The position numbers were made by a program, and so were the translations under genes. From contig NZ_CP064924.1 of NCBI RefSeq assembly GCF_018336915.1, positions 270,001 to 302,000 of the forward strand: a stretch of DNA of 32,000 bases, given 5' to 3'. The first letter of the stretch is position 1, and every line of letters starts with the position of its first letter. The notes under the pieces were generated by a model. The model did not search any database. It saw only the letters and a program-made list of their open reading frames with translations, and was not told where the DNA came from. The stretch is from Acaryochloris marina S15 (GTDB lineage Bacteria; Cyanobacteriota; Cyanobacteriia; Thermosynechococcales; Thermosynechococcaceae). Shown piece after piece: positions 1 to 8,122 of the stretch.

Positions 1-762
1 GTCAACAGTATTTCCAGACTTAGATTGTTGAAACCCTTGAAATCCTACAACCCCTTCCTTGACACTTCCAACATTGATATTTCCTGATGGAGCTGTTATT
101 ATTCCGCCGTCAAAAGAAACGCCATTACCCAAAACAACCACTTGCTGACCAGGATTTACCCTAATTCCAGAAGTACTTCTACCAGCTCCAATTCCAATAC
201 TCGTAACGGGATCCACATTAAGTTGGTTACCATTACCTGTTAAAGCGATTTCACCAGACATACCATTGAACTTAACGAATTCTGGTTGCGTAGGTGATAA
301 AAATGAGTTATTACCATTCTCACTATAAAACTCAAGCCCATCATCAAACTGGATACTTGTAGCTGTAGAAGAGAAAAATGATCCACCAATATTGAGTTGG
401 ATTGAATTTCCAAAGAAGATGCCATTTGAATTGAGTATATAAAGATTAGCTGGATTTTGAGTCGCAATTAAGCCATCTAATACTGATACCCTGCCTCCAG
501 TCACCCTTGCAAAAATATTTACAATAGACCTACCATTTTCAAACAAAACTTGTTGATTACTATTTATATTTAATTCTTTAAAACTATGAAACAAGTTATT
601 ACTTGATTGTCTGCCACCATTAACTCGAATCAAGCTATTACTTTTCAATACTTGAGTATTTAATGATTGGTCAGGAGATACTTGAGCCAATACAAATGGC
701 TCAAGTATCAAGCTATCAAGACTTGCAATACTAAGTAGGATTAGGAATGACAGATTTTTCAT
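1..762 (-). CDS. Filamentous-hemagglutinin-type exoprotein, N-terminal two-partner-secretion (TPS / haemagglutination activity) domain. The 3' end runs off the window.
   Basis: Hand translation of the minus strand from ATG at 762-760 gives MKNLSFLILLSIASLDSLILEPFVLAQVSPDQ, which is signal-peptide-like. It continues NGGRQSSNNLFHSFKELNINSNQQVLFENGRSIVNIFARVTGGRVSVLDGLIATQNPANLYILNSNGIFFGNSIQLNIGGSFFSSTA. This matches the classic TPS-domain motif pattern (NLFHSF, NIxxRVTGG, ANLxxxNxNGIxFG, GGSF). The frame stays open for all 254 codons to position 1. It is missing from the ORF track because it has no stop in the window. Confidence 0.8.
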   Translation of the reverse strand, partial: MKNLSFLILLSIASLDSLILEPFVLAQVSPDQSLNTQVLKSNSLIRVNGGRQSSNNLFHSFKELNINSNQQVLFENGRSIVNIFARVTGGRVSVLDGLIATQNPANLYILNSNGIFFGNSIQLNIGGSFFSSTATSIQFDDGLEFYSENGNNSFLSPTQPEFVKFNGMSGEIALTGNGNQLNVDPVTSIGIGAGRSTSGIRVNPGQQVVVLGNGVSFDGGIITAPSGNINVGSVKEGVVGFQGFQQSKSGNTVD

Positions 763-1594
763 TTATTAAGTTATTCACAAAATCATCAAATAATTCAGCA
801 ACTAAAGTTCCATTATCTGTAGGCAATTGGTGATTTGCCTCTGCAATAACTTTTAATTGAGCGTTCGGGATTTTATCCTCATATGCTTGGCAATACCAAA
901 AAGGAATAGTGAGATCCTTCTCAGCTGCAATAATCAATGTTGCTGATGAAATATCTTGTATACTTCTATCAATTAGCTCAGTGCTCATTTCCCCTTTAAA
1001 TATACGACGAAACCAAGCCTTCATAATAGGTTCATAAAGCAACTGATATCGATAATGTTTAATAGTATTTACAGTCTCTTTCTTCTTGAAAATAGAAGAA
1101 AAGACAGAGACTAAGTTAAGAACCCAATCAATTATAGGAGTTTCCCATGACAAGGGTTTGAGTATTTGGTACTTGTCTAATTCTTCTGAGATTCCAGCAG
1201 GGGCAGCCAAGACAAGTCCTAATACTGATTCTTTATATTTTAAAGCATAGCTAGCAGCAATCCAGCCTCCAAGAGAATGACCAATAATATAGAAAGAGTC
1301 AATACATAAAGCCTTCATGAAGTGATGTATATATGAGACTTGTGACTCAATCTTGTAATCAATCTCTGGCTTAGATGATTCACCAAACCCTAGAAGATCT
1401 AAACTAATACATCGATACTTATTCTTTAATATCTGAGTTACAGCTCTCCAACAGCTTGATTCAGATAAGAAACCATGTAGAAGCAAAACAACAGGCCCTC
1501 TTCCTTCATCCTGGTATGCAGCTTTCACTATTTGTTTCTTATTCGATTCTAAGCATAATTCAAATGACTTTTGATTTTTAGTGAATAGGGCCAT
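731..1594 (-). CDS. alpha/beta-fold hydrolase
   Basis: 287-aa ORF. It has an oxyanion-type VVLLLHGF and a nucleophile elbow GHSLGG, then a late acidic residue and His (ANHQLP), as expected for the alpha/beta hydrolase fold. Its 3' end overlaps the start of the downstream TPS gene by 32 nt. Confidence 0.85.
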   Translation of the reverse strand: MALFTKNQKSFELCLESNKKQIVKAAYQDEGRGPVVLLLHGFLSESSCWRAVTQILKNKYRCISLDLLGFGESSKPEIDYKIESQVSYIHHFMKALCIDSFYIIGHSLGGWIAASYALKYKESVLGLVLAAPAGISEELDKYQILKPLSWETPIIDWVLNLVSVFSSIFKKKETVNTIKHYRYQLLYEPIMKAWFRRIFKGEMSTELIDRSIQDISSATLIIAAEKDLTIPFWYCQAYEDKIPNAQLKVIAEANHQLPTDNGTLVAELFDDFVNNLINEKSVIPNPT

Positions 1595-1783
1595 TCCGTT
1601 TCATGCCTTACGTCTTGCAAATCATTTAAAGAGTGGGTTCTTCAGCTCTCACATGTGAATATTTGAATCAACTCATGTATGAATGCCGTAGCCTCAAAAT
1701 CAAACTCACTTCGGATAAAGTAGCTTTCACACCTCTTTTAACCCAAATGCAGCATGATTCAATATTATTCATACGGATGAGAG

Positions 1784-2203
1784 TCAACCAGCTTTTGCGG
1801 TTGGATCCGGTTGGCAAGCCTGAAGTGTGGATGCGATTTCGGAAGCGTATTGATCTGCTTCTCGTGGATCGTTTACGAATGTCACGGTGCCGTTATCATT
1901 CGTCTTCCATCCCACCACTCGTTTAAGTGGCTTGTGTTCCCCCGTTTTCGGATCAGCATATGTCAATCGCCGTTGATCATACCTCGCTTTGGCGACTTGC
2001 TTCCAATTGCTTCCCTGATCTGGGAGACTTTCAGGATCGAGAGCGAGTAACCTTGTCCTGGGGGTGATCGGAGGTGCGGTAAAATGCCCTAAACCAGTGA
2101 AGATTATCCCTAATGCGTAGTTTTCGACATCTCCCGCTAATTTTTTTGACCTGGGCAACTCTTGCAATCCTCCCGGCAAACGCAGAGCAGACCCTGAAAC
2201 CAT
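1784..2203 (-). CDS. Hypothetical protein or gene remnant; start uncertain
   Basis: 139-aa ORF in a locally GC-richer patch. The C-terminal two thirds look protein-like (DPESLPDQGSNWKQVAKARYDQRRLTYADPKTGEHKPLKRVVGWKTNDNGTVTFVNDPREADQYASEIAS). The annotated 5' end overlaps the well-supported start of the divergent TPR gene at 2113 by about 90 nt. The real start, if the ORF is real, must be internal. No family recognised. Confidence 0.25.
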   Translation of the reverse strand: MVSGSALRLPGGLQELPRSKKLAGDVENYALGIIFTGLGHFTAPPITPRTRLLALDPESLPDQGSNWKQVAKARYDQRRLTYADPKTGEHKPLKRVVGWKTNDNGTVTFVNDPREADQYASEIASTLQACQPDPTAKAG

Positions 2204-2895
2204 CCGAGCTGCCCGCAGAACTATTGGTTGAAGCGGGGAATCGCAAAAACGAACTGCAAGATCACGAAGGTGCGATCGCAGATTACAACGCAGCCCTTAA
2301 GATCAAGCCTGATTATGCCCGAGCATTTTTTAATCTAGGGGTAGTTGCCTGTAATACAGGGGATACCAAAAACGAGATCAGATATTTCACGAAAGCGTTC
2401 GAGCTTGTCCCTTCAGATTACGAAGCTCTTATAGGAAGAGGCATGGCCCGGTTAAAGCTGGGAGAAATTGAAAAGGCTAAGGAAGATTTCAACGCCTCGC
2501 TGAGGCTAAACTCCAAGGACAAACGGACCTATATAGGTTTGGGAATAGTTGAGAAACGTAATGGCGACTTTACTGAAGCTCTTACGAATATCGACAAGGC
2601 CATACAGCTAGATCCAACATTCTCAGCGTCCTACCACGAAAGGGCCTTGGTGTATCAGCGGATGTCTCGGCTGTTTTCAAGAAAGTTTTTTGCCCAGGCG
2701 GCAATCGCTGATTATAAAAAAGCCATCAAGTTGGCCCCGGAGAATTTAGATGCCTATCTCGATAGGGCTATTCTGTATCTTGAATTTGGTCTAGCTCGGC
2801 TTGCGATCTCAGATTATGAAAAAGCAATTGAACTTCTAGCTGAACAAAATCAAGTGGCTGCAGTCAAGGAGATGAAAGATTCCTTATTGAGTTGA
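2113..2895 (+). CDS. Secreted TPR-repeat protein
   Basis: 260-aa ORF with an N-terminal signal-like segment (MRSFRHLPLIFLTWATLAILPANA/EQ). It has repeated 34-aa TPR signatures (AIADYNAALKIKPDYARAFFNLG; ALTNIDKAIQLDPTFSASYHERA; AIADYKKAIKLAPENLDAYLDRA). Confidence 0.85.
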   Translation: MRSFRHLPLIFLTWATLAILPANAEQTLKPSELPAELLVEAGNRKNELQDHEGAIADYNAALKIKPDYARAFFNLGVVACNTGDTKNEIRYFTKAFELVPSDYEALIGRGMARLKLGEIEKAKEDFNASLRLNSKDKRTYIGLGIVEKRNGDFTEALTNIDKAIQLDPTFSASYHERALVYQRMSRLFSRKFFAQAAIADYKKAIKLAPENLDAYLDRAILYLEFGLARLAISDYEKAIELLAEQNQVAAVKEMKDSLLS

Positions 2896-2955
2896 AAAAG
2901 AACGCAAACGATATTGAACAAAGTACTTACGCTGAGAAGTTAGCTGATTAGTCCA

Positions 2956-3801
2956 GTGGTGCTGTATTGGTACTGCTCTAGAGACCAATCAAAGAGATTC
3001 GGGGGGGCTGTTTTGCATAGGAAAACTAGAGGAATTTTCGTTAGGCCCATTCAATGGATGTGGGTTCAGCGATGGCCTTTGCTCATCATCATTGCTCCAG
3101 TTGTTGCAGGATTGACTTTTAATTTTATTGATGACTATTTGGCTCCAGAAAGAGCTATACATCCGACTGACAAGTTCTTACAAGAAAAGCAAATAGCTCA
3201 AGTCAAAAAAGATGTTCTTCAAATTACATCCCAAATTCTTGTAGGAATCACGGTACTATCTGGTGCTTACTTCACCTGGCAGCGGCTTGAGGTCAGCCGT
3301 GAGGATCAGATTACAGATCGCTACACCAAGGCTATCGATCAGCTTGGGAGCGAACATCTCGAAGTTCGTTTAGGTGGTATATATGCACTTGAGAGACTAG
3401 CCAAGGATTCTCCAAAGGATCAAGAGACTGTTATGGAGGTATTGACTGCCTTTGTTCGTGAAAATGCTTCATCTCAAATAACTATGCAAGCTAGCAGAGA
3501 TGAAAGTTCTGAGAAGGATACTGAAATTTCAGCTAATGAAGAGGATGTTAATGCATCTGGCAAGACAACTCCTAAAACAGATATCCAAACAATCTTAACT
3601 GTAATAGGAAGGCGTGAATGGGAAGTTTCAGGAAGAATAGATTTATCTGGGGCTAACTTGAGTGTACATTCCAGAACTATTTGTCCGTTTTCCAGAATTA
3701 GTGTCATAAAACTAATCCTTGAGCATTTCCTAGGACAGCATACTGATATTGTGCTGGAAGGCTGCGGTTCTGCGATCTTCGGTGAATACTGGCTGGGGTA
3801 G
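2956..3801 (+). pseudogene. 5' fragment of a membrane-anchored pentapeptide-repeat protein, interrupted at 3662/3663 by an inserted element
   Basis: TM segment (WPLLIIIAPVVAGLTF), then a module (ITDRYTKAIDQLGSEHLEVRLGGIYALERLAKDSPKDQETVMEVLTAFVRE ... DIQTILTVIGRR) collinear with the intact paralog at 12732-13832. Homology stops right after DLSGANLS. The last 46 codons are read from the inserted element. The true start may be ATG 3058 rather than GTG 2956. Confidence 0.8.
3663..3706 (+). repeat. Left terminal inverted repeat of the inserted element
   Basis: TGTACATTCCAGAACTATTTGTCCGTTTTCCAGAATTAGTGTCA. Its partner at 5565-5608, reverse-complemented, reads TGTACATTCCAGAATTATTTGACGCTGCTCCAGAATTAGTGTCA. 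Confidence 0.85.
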
Positions 3802-3883
3802 GGCTGTAGATCAGGTTTGGGATTGGCTCAACGCCAAAATAATCTGTGATAATTTAGCGTTGGTAGAGTTGCCATACCCCTTC

Positions 3884-5362
3884 CTATGAAGATGAAGGAT
3901 TTTTGGCTTTGGGAAGTCCTAGTTTTTGGCGAAACGGATCTGAATAGGTGGCTATCTGCCAGTTCAAAGCTGCTTTTACTTGTGCTGGTGTGATTTCTAG
4001 CACCCCTTTGAGATCGGCCCCTTTGAGATCGGCCCCTTTGAGATCGGCCCCTTTGAGATTGGCCCCTTCGAGATCGGCCCCTTTGAGATTGGCCCCTTCG
4101 AGATTGGCCCTGTAGAGCTTGGCCCCTTCGAGATTGGCCCTGTAGAGCTTGGCCTCTTCGAGATTGGCCCCTTGGAGATCGGCCCCTTTGAGCTTGGCCC
4201 CTTCGAGATTGGCCCTGTAGAGCTTGGCCTCTTCGAGATTGGCCCCTTGGAGATCGGCCCCTTTGAGCTTGGCCCCTTCGAGATCGGCCCCTTTGAGATT
4301 GGCCCCTTCGAGATTGGCCCTGTAGAGCTTGGCCTCTTCGAGATTGGCCCCTTGGAGATTGGCCACTTGGAGATTGGCCCCGTAGAGATAGGCCCCTTTG
4401 AGATTGGCCCCTTCGAGATTGGCCCTGTAGAGCTTGGCCTCTTCGAGATAGGCCCCTTTGAGATTGGCCCCTTTGAGATTGGCCCCGTAGAGCTTGGCCC
4501 CTTTGAGATTGGCCCCTTTGAGATTGGCCCTGTAGAGATTGGCCTCTTCGAGATTGGCCCCTTTGAGATAGGCCCCTTTGAGATTGGCCCCTTGGAGATT
4601 GGCCCCTTTGAGATTGGCCCCGTAGAGCTTGGCCTCTTCGAGATTGGCCCCGTAGAGATTGGCCCCGTAGAGATTGGCTTTGGATAACTCGGAACTGCTG
4701 AGGTTCAGCTCAAGTCTGCTAATGATATGCGCTTCTATCAAAAAACGCATAACACTACCTTTTCTTACTGAGTCATCTTCAAATCTCCGCAGGATAGATA
4801 ATGTCCTGGCTCGAATAACATCCAATGAAGAATCTAATAGCTCTTGCTCTTCCCGTATTCCATCGGGCAGTTGTTGTGATTCTCCTTCGCCTGAACTCTT
4901 GGTGTCACGGACCTTTGCAGAAATAGCCAGCAAATTCTTGTCAACCAAGAGTACTGATAGTCTGTCAAAGTATCCTTGAAGAATTTCTTCCTTTGCTTCC
5001 TCAGAAGCCAGCTCTCGCTGCTCTCTTGCTGCTGCTTCAGCTTGCTTTAGCTGTATTTGCTGAAATAACACCCCAAGAATTGCTAATGTCAGTGGCACTC
5101 CCAGAAGGCTCATCCAATCCCAAAATGTCTTTCCATCGTCAAATGTGGTTGTTCTAGTTGTCTTTACAGGCTTGCCCAACTTATCTGTTTGGTCAGATTG
5201 AACCGTTTCAGTTGTAACAGACTTCCCTTTCTCAATCCCCCAGCCACCGGGCCATAGCGTTGATCTTAGGCTCCCAAACAGAGACAAAAATACAATGATG
5301 AGTAATGCCCCAAGGATGTTATTCCTTTGTTTGGGGTTGAGTATTACTCTAGGAAACTTCAT
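3884..5362 (-). CDS. Membrane-anchored pentapeptide-repeat protein; cargo of the inserted element
   Basis: 492-aa ORF with two hydrophobic segments (ILGALLIIVFLSLFG; LLGVPLTLAILGVLF) and a coiled charged linker. About 46 consecutive A(N/D/K/Y)Lxx pentapeptides follow. The C-terminal tail LEITPAQVKAALNWQIATYSDPFRQKLGL is shared with the two paralogs in the window. Confidence 0.9.
   Translation of the reverse strand: MKFPRVILNPKQRNNILGALLIIVFLSLFGSLRSTLWPGGWGIEKGKSVTTETVQSDQTDKLGKPVKTTRTTTFDDGKTFWDWMSLLGVPLTLAILGVLFQQIQLKQAEAAAREQRELASEEAKEEILQGYFDRLSVLLVDKNLLAISAKVRDTKSSGEGESQQLPDGIREEQELLDSSLDVIRARTLSILRRFEDDSVRKGSVMRFLIEAHIISRLELNLSSSELSKANLYGANLYGANLEEAKLYGANLKGANLQGANLKGAYLKGANLEEANLYRANLKGANLKGAKLYGANLKGANLKGAYLEEAKLYRANLEGANLKGAYLYGANLQVANLQGANLEEAKLYRANLEGANLKGADLEGAKLKGADLQGANLEEAKLYRANLEGAKLKGADLQGANLEEAKLYRANLEGAKLYRANLEGANLKGADLEGANLKGADLKGADLKGADLKGVLEITPAQVKAALNWQIATYSDPFRQKLGLPKAKNPSSS
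4004..4682. repeat. 15-bp tandem DNA repeat array (about 46 units) encoding the pentapeptide repeats
   Basis: Near-identical 15-mers such as GAGATTGGCCCCTTC, GAGATCGGCCCCTTT and GAGCTTGGCCTCTTC recur without interruption. The periodicity is visible directly in the nucleotide sequence and leaves long antisense frames open. Confidence 0.9.
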
Positions 5363-5539
5363 AGATCCTTTGCTTAGCTGGAATCAGTGTACCTTTATCC
5401 TCAAGTGTTTTCTGCAAAATAAGAGATGACACCTAATTGTGGAAAGATTTGAAATGCTTTGGGAAGAAATGACATTTAATTAGCGAAATTTTGACTAGCA
5501 AGGAAAGATGTCGATAGGGCATCAAATCCATGTATAGCA

Positions 5540-6142
5540 ATGATTTTCATCATTTCTGGTTTTGTGACACTAATTCTGGAGCAGCGTCAAATAATTCTGG
5601 AATGTACATTGAGTGAGGTTACCCTGATTGGGGCTAACCTGATTGGGGCTAGTCTGAGCGAGGCTAATCTGAGCGAGGCTAATCTGATTGGGGCTAACTT
5701 GAGTACAGTTGACCTGATTGGGGCTAACCTGATTGGGGCTAGTCTGAGCGAGGCTAATCTGAGCGAGGCTAATCTGAGCGAGGCTAACCTGAGTACAGTT
5801 GACCTGAGTGAGGCTAACATGAGTGAGGCTAATCTGCGTAAGGCTAACTTGAGTGGGGCTAACCTGTATAGGGCTAATCTGCGTAAGGTTAACCTTACTC
5901 AGGTTAACCTGATTAGGGCTGTCCTGAATGGGGCTAATTTGCGTAGGGCTAACCTGTATAGGGCTAACCTGAATGGGGCTAATTTGCGTAAGGCTAAAGA
6001 CATCACCCCAGACCAGGTCAAGGAAGCCACGAACTGGGAACAGGCAACCTACAGTGATGACTTCAAAGCCGAACTAGGACTAACAGCCATCCCTGAAGAA
6101 TCCACAGAAAACCCTGAAGAACAGCCCCCACCCCAAAATTAA
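5540..6142 (+). pseudogene. 3' fragment of the interrupted pentapeptide-repeat gene. The homologous part is 5614-6142. The first 24 codons are element-derived and create a possible chimeric ORF.
   Basis: Pentapeptide repeats (ANLIG, ASLSE, ANLSE and others) followed by KDITPDQVKEATNWEQATYSDDFKAELGL, the same tail as the paralogs. The N-terminus MIFIISGFVTLILEQRQIILECTL is encoded inside the right end of the element, including the TIR. Confidence 0.8.
5565..5608 (-). repeat. Right terminal inverted repeat of the inserted element
   Basis: Reverse complement matches 3663-3706 at 38 of 44 positions. The outer 14 and inner 15 nt are identical, and the mismatches cluster in the middle. Confidence 0.85.
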
Positions 6143-6215
6143 GCTTTCCCAAGAAATCCCCCAGACCATATCCCTGAAGGCTACACTGAACCAGCCTTAG
6201 CACTGGATATCTGCA

Positions 6216-6836
6216 ATGCCACCTCAACTCATTTCTCTGAAGCCCAAGCCACCAGCCGAATCCCCGGTGACATCCTCGACAAACACCGAAGCACCCCCCA
6301 CATACCCAGACAAGGCATCATTCCCGACCATCGACCGGAAAGACGATCTGCCAGTGAAGCGCAAGGCGACTCCACAGCCTGAAGATGATGATCGCACCAT
6401 TGACCCCACCCCCAAATACGACCGCAGTGAACCCACCGATACTCGGAGAACGCAGCGAGGGTATTCAGCTCGGCAAACACCAGGACGAGTCCGACCCCCC
6501 AGAGTGTCTAGAGCTTTTGAGTCCAAATTCCACGCACTTGAGAAGCGTCAAAAGAATCTGGTTCAGCAGACCAAGCAAAAGGGTCAGCTAGAGTATCTGA
6601 CGGTTTCCAAAAGCGGCTCAGGGAAGTATTGGATCACCATCGAGGGCAGTGGCAAGCCCTTCATCAGAATTCCGTTTGAAAGTCCTGAGTTTTGTTTCGA
6701 GTGCGCCTTGGAATTGGAGGACACATTCGATGTTTTGCAGGTGTTGAGTCTGCGGCCAGGTGAGACGATGGAGCGGATCGAGGAGATGATCGGGGTGTGG
6801 TTGGATCGGGAGCGGGTGGCGAGGGTCTGGGGGTGA
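6216..6836 (+). CDS. Hypothetical protein with a Pro/Thr/Asp-rich disordered N-terminal half and a globular C-terminal half
   Basis: 206-aa ORF in a GC-rich patch. No recognisable family motifs. The competing ORFs in other frames are low-complexity shadows. Confidence 0.5.
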   Translation: MPPQLISLKPKPPAESPVTSSTNTEAPPTYPDKASFPTIDRKDDLPVKRKATPQPEDDDRTIDPTPKYDRSEPTDTRRTQRGYSARQTPGRVRPPRVSRAFESKFHALEKRQKNLVQQTKQKGQLEYLTVSKSGSGKYWITIEGSGKPFIRIPFESPEFCFECALELEDTFDVLQVLSLRPGETMERIEEMIGVWLDRERVARVWG

Positions 6837-6910
6837 TTGGGTTTAGGAGATGTCACTGAGATAGCTCAGGAGCCTTACTCAGTCTTTCAGGATGTCGGTG
6901 GTTCCTTGGT

Positions 6911-6929
6911 TCAGGGCAATCAGCCCTGA
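6911..6929 (+). terminator. Candidate intrinsic terminator hairpin downstream of 6216-6836
   Basis: TCAGGGC-AATCA-GCCCTGA forms a 7-bp stem with a 5-nt loop. It is followed by a T-rich but interrupted tract (TAGTTTCTGATTTATCTTT), about 75 nt after the stop codon. Confidence 0.3.
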
Positions 6930-7037
6930 TAGTTTCTGATTTATCTTTCGCTAGAGATATGCCGATCTTTCCACTGAGTTATGACTACTGGAAGATGGTC
7001 AGTAGTTAAGTTGTCAATTCCCTCAAAAGTATTTTTG

Positions 7038-7313
7038 CTAGAAATCCTTTGGTGTTAATATCTCAATCTGAGTAGTAGCAAAGAACCTATGCTTGTTATC
7101 TATCCAAGTGGACGAATTCTGAGTATGAGCATAATTAAAGTCTGTACTTAAGCTATGTGAACATTGAGGACAGACTTGGTCGCCACCACCACCTTTAATA
7201 ACTGATGATTCAGAGTCAGATATTTCTTCGAAGATAATCAGATCTTCTGATGCAGAATTAGCCTCACTATTCTTTAAGATAGATTGAATTAGTGAATGAA
7301 GTCTTGTTGTCAC
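7038..7313 (-). CDS. Small protein with a double-glycine-type leader; candidate bacteriocin or RiPP-like precursor
   Basis: 91-aa ORF with a GTG start, preceded by AGGAG 9 nt upstream. The N-terminal 40-44 aa end in EEISDSESSVIKGG(GG), with hydrophobic residues at -4, -12 and -15 and Glu at -8 relative to GG. The core of about 45-47 aa contains CPQC. Confidence 0.45.
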   Translation of the reverse strand: MTTRLHSLIQSILKNSEANSASEDLIIFEEISDSESSVIKGGGGDQVCPQCSHSLSTDFNYAHTQNSSTWIDNKHRFFATTQIEILTPKDF

Positions 7314-8122
7314 TATTTCATGCTCCTAGGTTACCTAAATTAGTAAAAGATTAAAGAAAAAGAGAGTTTTTCAATCTTAGAATGAATATTTAGGTTATGT
7401 ATTTATCTGTAATATCTCAGCATTTTATGCAAATTACTTGATATTTACAAGTAATTTATTTAAAAAATTAAAGATTTTTTATTCGACTAGCATCAGTTTT
7501 TATTTTATAAGTTAGTGAACTTATAACCTTCTCTCTGTAGACCGTAAACGATCAAGGCTGTGATAAGACGCCAACTACACTCATAACTTATACATAGATA
7601 GCTTTTTAGAAATTTTCAATAATCTGACTCTACTAAAAATAGATCCAACATCTGATCGCTGTGATGACCAAAATTGGTAGATACATAGCAATCTGAAATC
7701 AATCGTGAGATGTAGAGAGGCTGAAATCTTTACCAGTATCCATTTAGGTTGAATATAATTCTCACAACTCACGTCAGATCGCTATAGTAAGTACTCTTAT
7801 ACTAAATGGCGGGAAATCGCAGCTTAGATCGTTTTAGGCTGGCAATGGAGAATTGCAAATACCTCTCATTAAACGGACTCGTGCGGACAAACACAACCGC
7901 CGCTTCTACCACCTGACCCTCACCCTGTAGCTTCTGGCTTTCCTTAACGTAATTATCGTCTAGTAAAAGTTAATTATTTGAGCTTTCCTATTGCTTTTTT
8001 TAATGTGGTTTATATAGCTCAAAGTAGCCTAATCCTAAAAGAATCCTAGCCTTAAATCTGTCATTTTTTTAATCAGGGGAACCTAAAAATTTACTCGGGA
8101 CTCAGTAAGTAAGGATAAAAAA

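Larger units (their letters stand above)
3663..5608. mobile_element. Transposase-less element of 1946 bp with terminal inverted repeats, resembling a mobile insertion cassette. It carries one pentapeptide-repeat gene.
   Basis: 44-bp imperfect terminal inverted repeats (38/44 identical). Flanked by direct TTGAG at 3658-3662 and 5609-5613. Removing the element plus one TTGAG copy rejoins 2956-3662 to 5614-6142 in frame (GANLS|EVTLIGANL). The rejoined ORF has 412 codons and the same architecture as the paralog at 12732-13832. No transposase ORF lies inside. Confidence 0.7.

Noticed and set aside
240-467. ORF-track entry 240-467 (-), 75 aa.
   Set aside because: It is the wrong frame inside the TPS-domain gene. 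The frame starting at 762 gives strong TPS motifs and is open to the window edge.
1633-2246. ORFs 1633-1926 (+), 1811-2050 (+) and 2031-2246 (-).
   Set aside because: They overlap one another and the TPR gene start. They have no motifs and odd composition, and are probably non-coding or shadows of the 1784-2203 remnant.
4004-4682. Whether the regular short repeats (15 bp here; 126 bp at 17389-19152 and 21871-23130) could be CRISPR arrays.
   Set aside because: There are no unique spacers between repeats. The units are contiguous, in frame and encode known protein repeats. No cas genes are present.
4172-4687. Antisense or alternative-frame ORFs over the pentapeptide repeats (4172-4687 +, 4674-4979 +, 5587-5820 -, 13418-13660 -, 3474-3707 -).
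   Set aside because: These are mirror images of 15-bp coding repeats (EIGPF... and LASLR... strings). The opposite strand in each case encodes a complete pentapeptide protein with TM segments and a conserved tail.
3663-5608. An alternative reading of the 44-bp inverted repeats as the boundaries of an invertible (phase-variation) segment.
   Set aside because: Inverting the segment would not restore the interrupted gene, because the reading frame hits a stop within the repeat (…SVHSRII*). The flanking TTGAG direct duplication and in-frame restoration on excision fit a transposition footprint better. It cannot be fully excluded without population data.
6224-6856. Four alternative ORFs overlapping 6216-6836 (6224-6526 -, 6229-6480 -, 6385-6591 +, 6584-6856 -).
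   Set aside because: This is a GC-rich region that leaves many frames open. The longest sense ORF has the only globular-looking C-terminal half. None has motifs, so only the longest is listed, at modest confidence.
7802-7930. A GC-rich patch within the AT-rich intergenic region. On the minus strand it translates to LQGEGQVVEAAVVFVRTSPFNERYLQFSIASLKRSKLRFPAI*.
   Set aside because: It looks like the 3' scrap of a lost gene, but it has no start, is too short and matches no family I recognise. It is noted only as a likely deletion or insertion scar.
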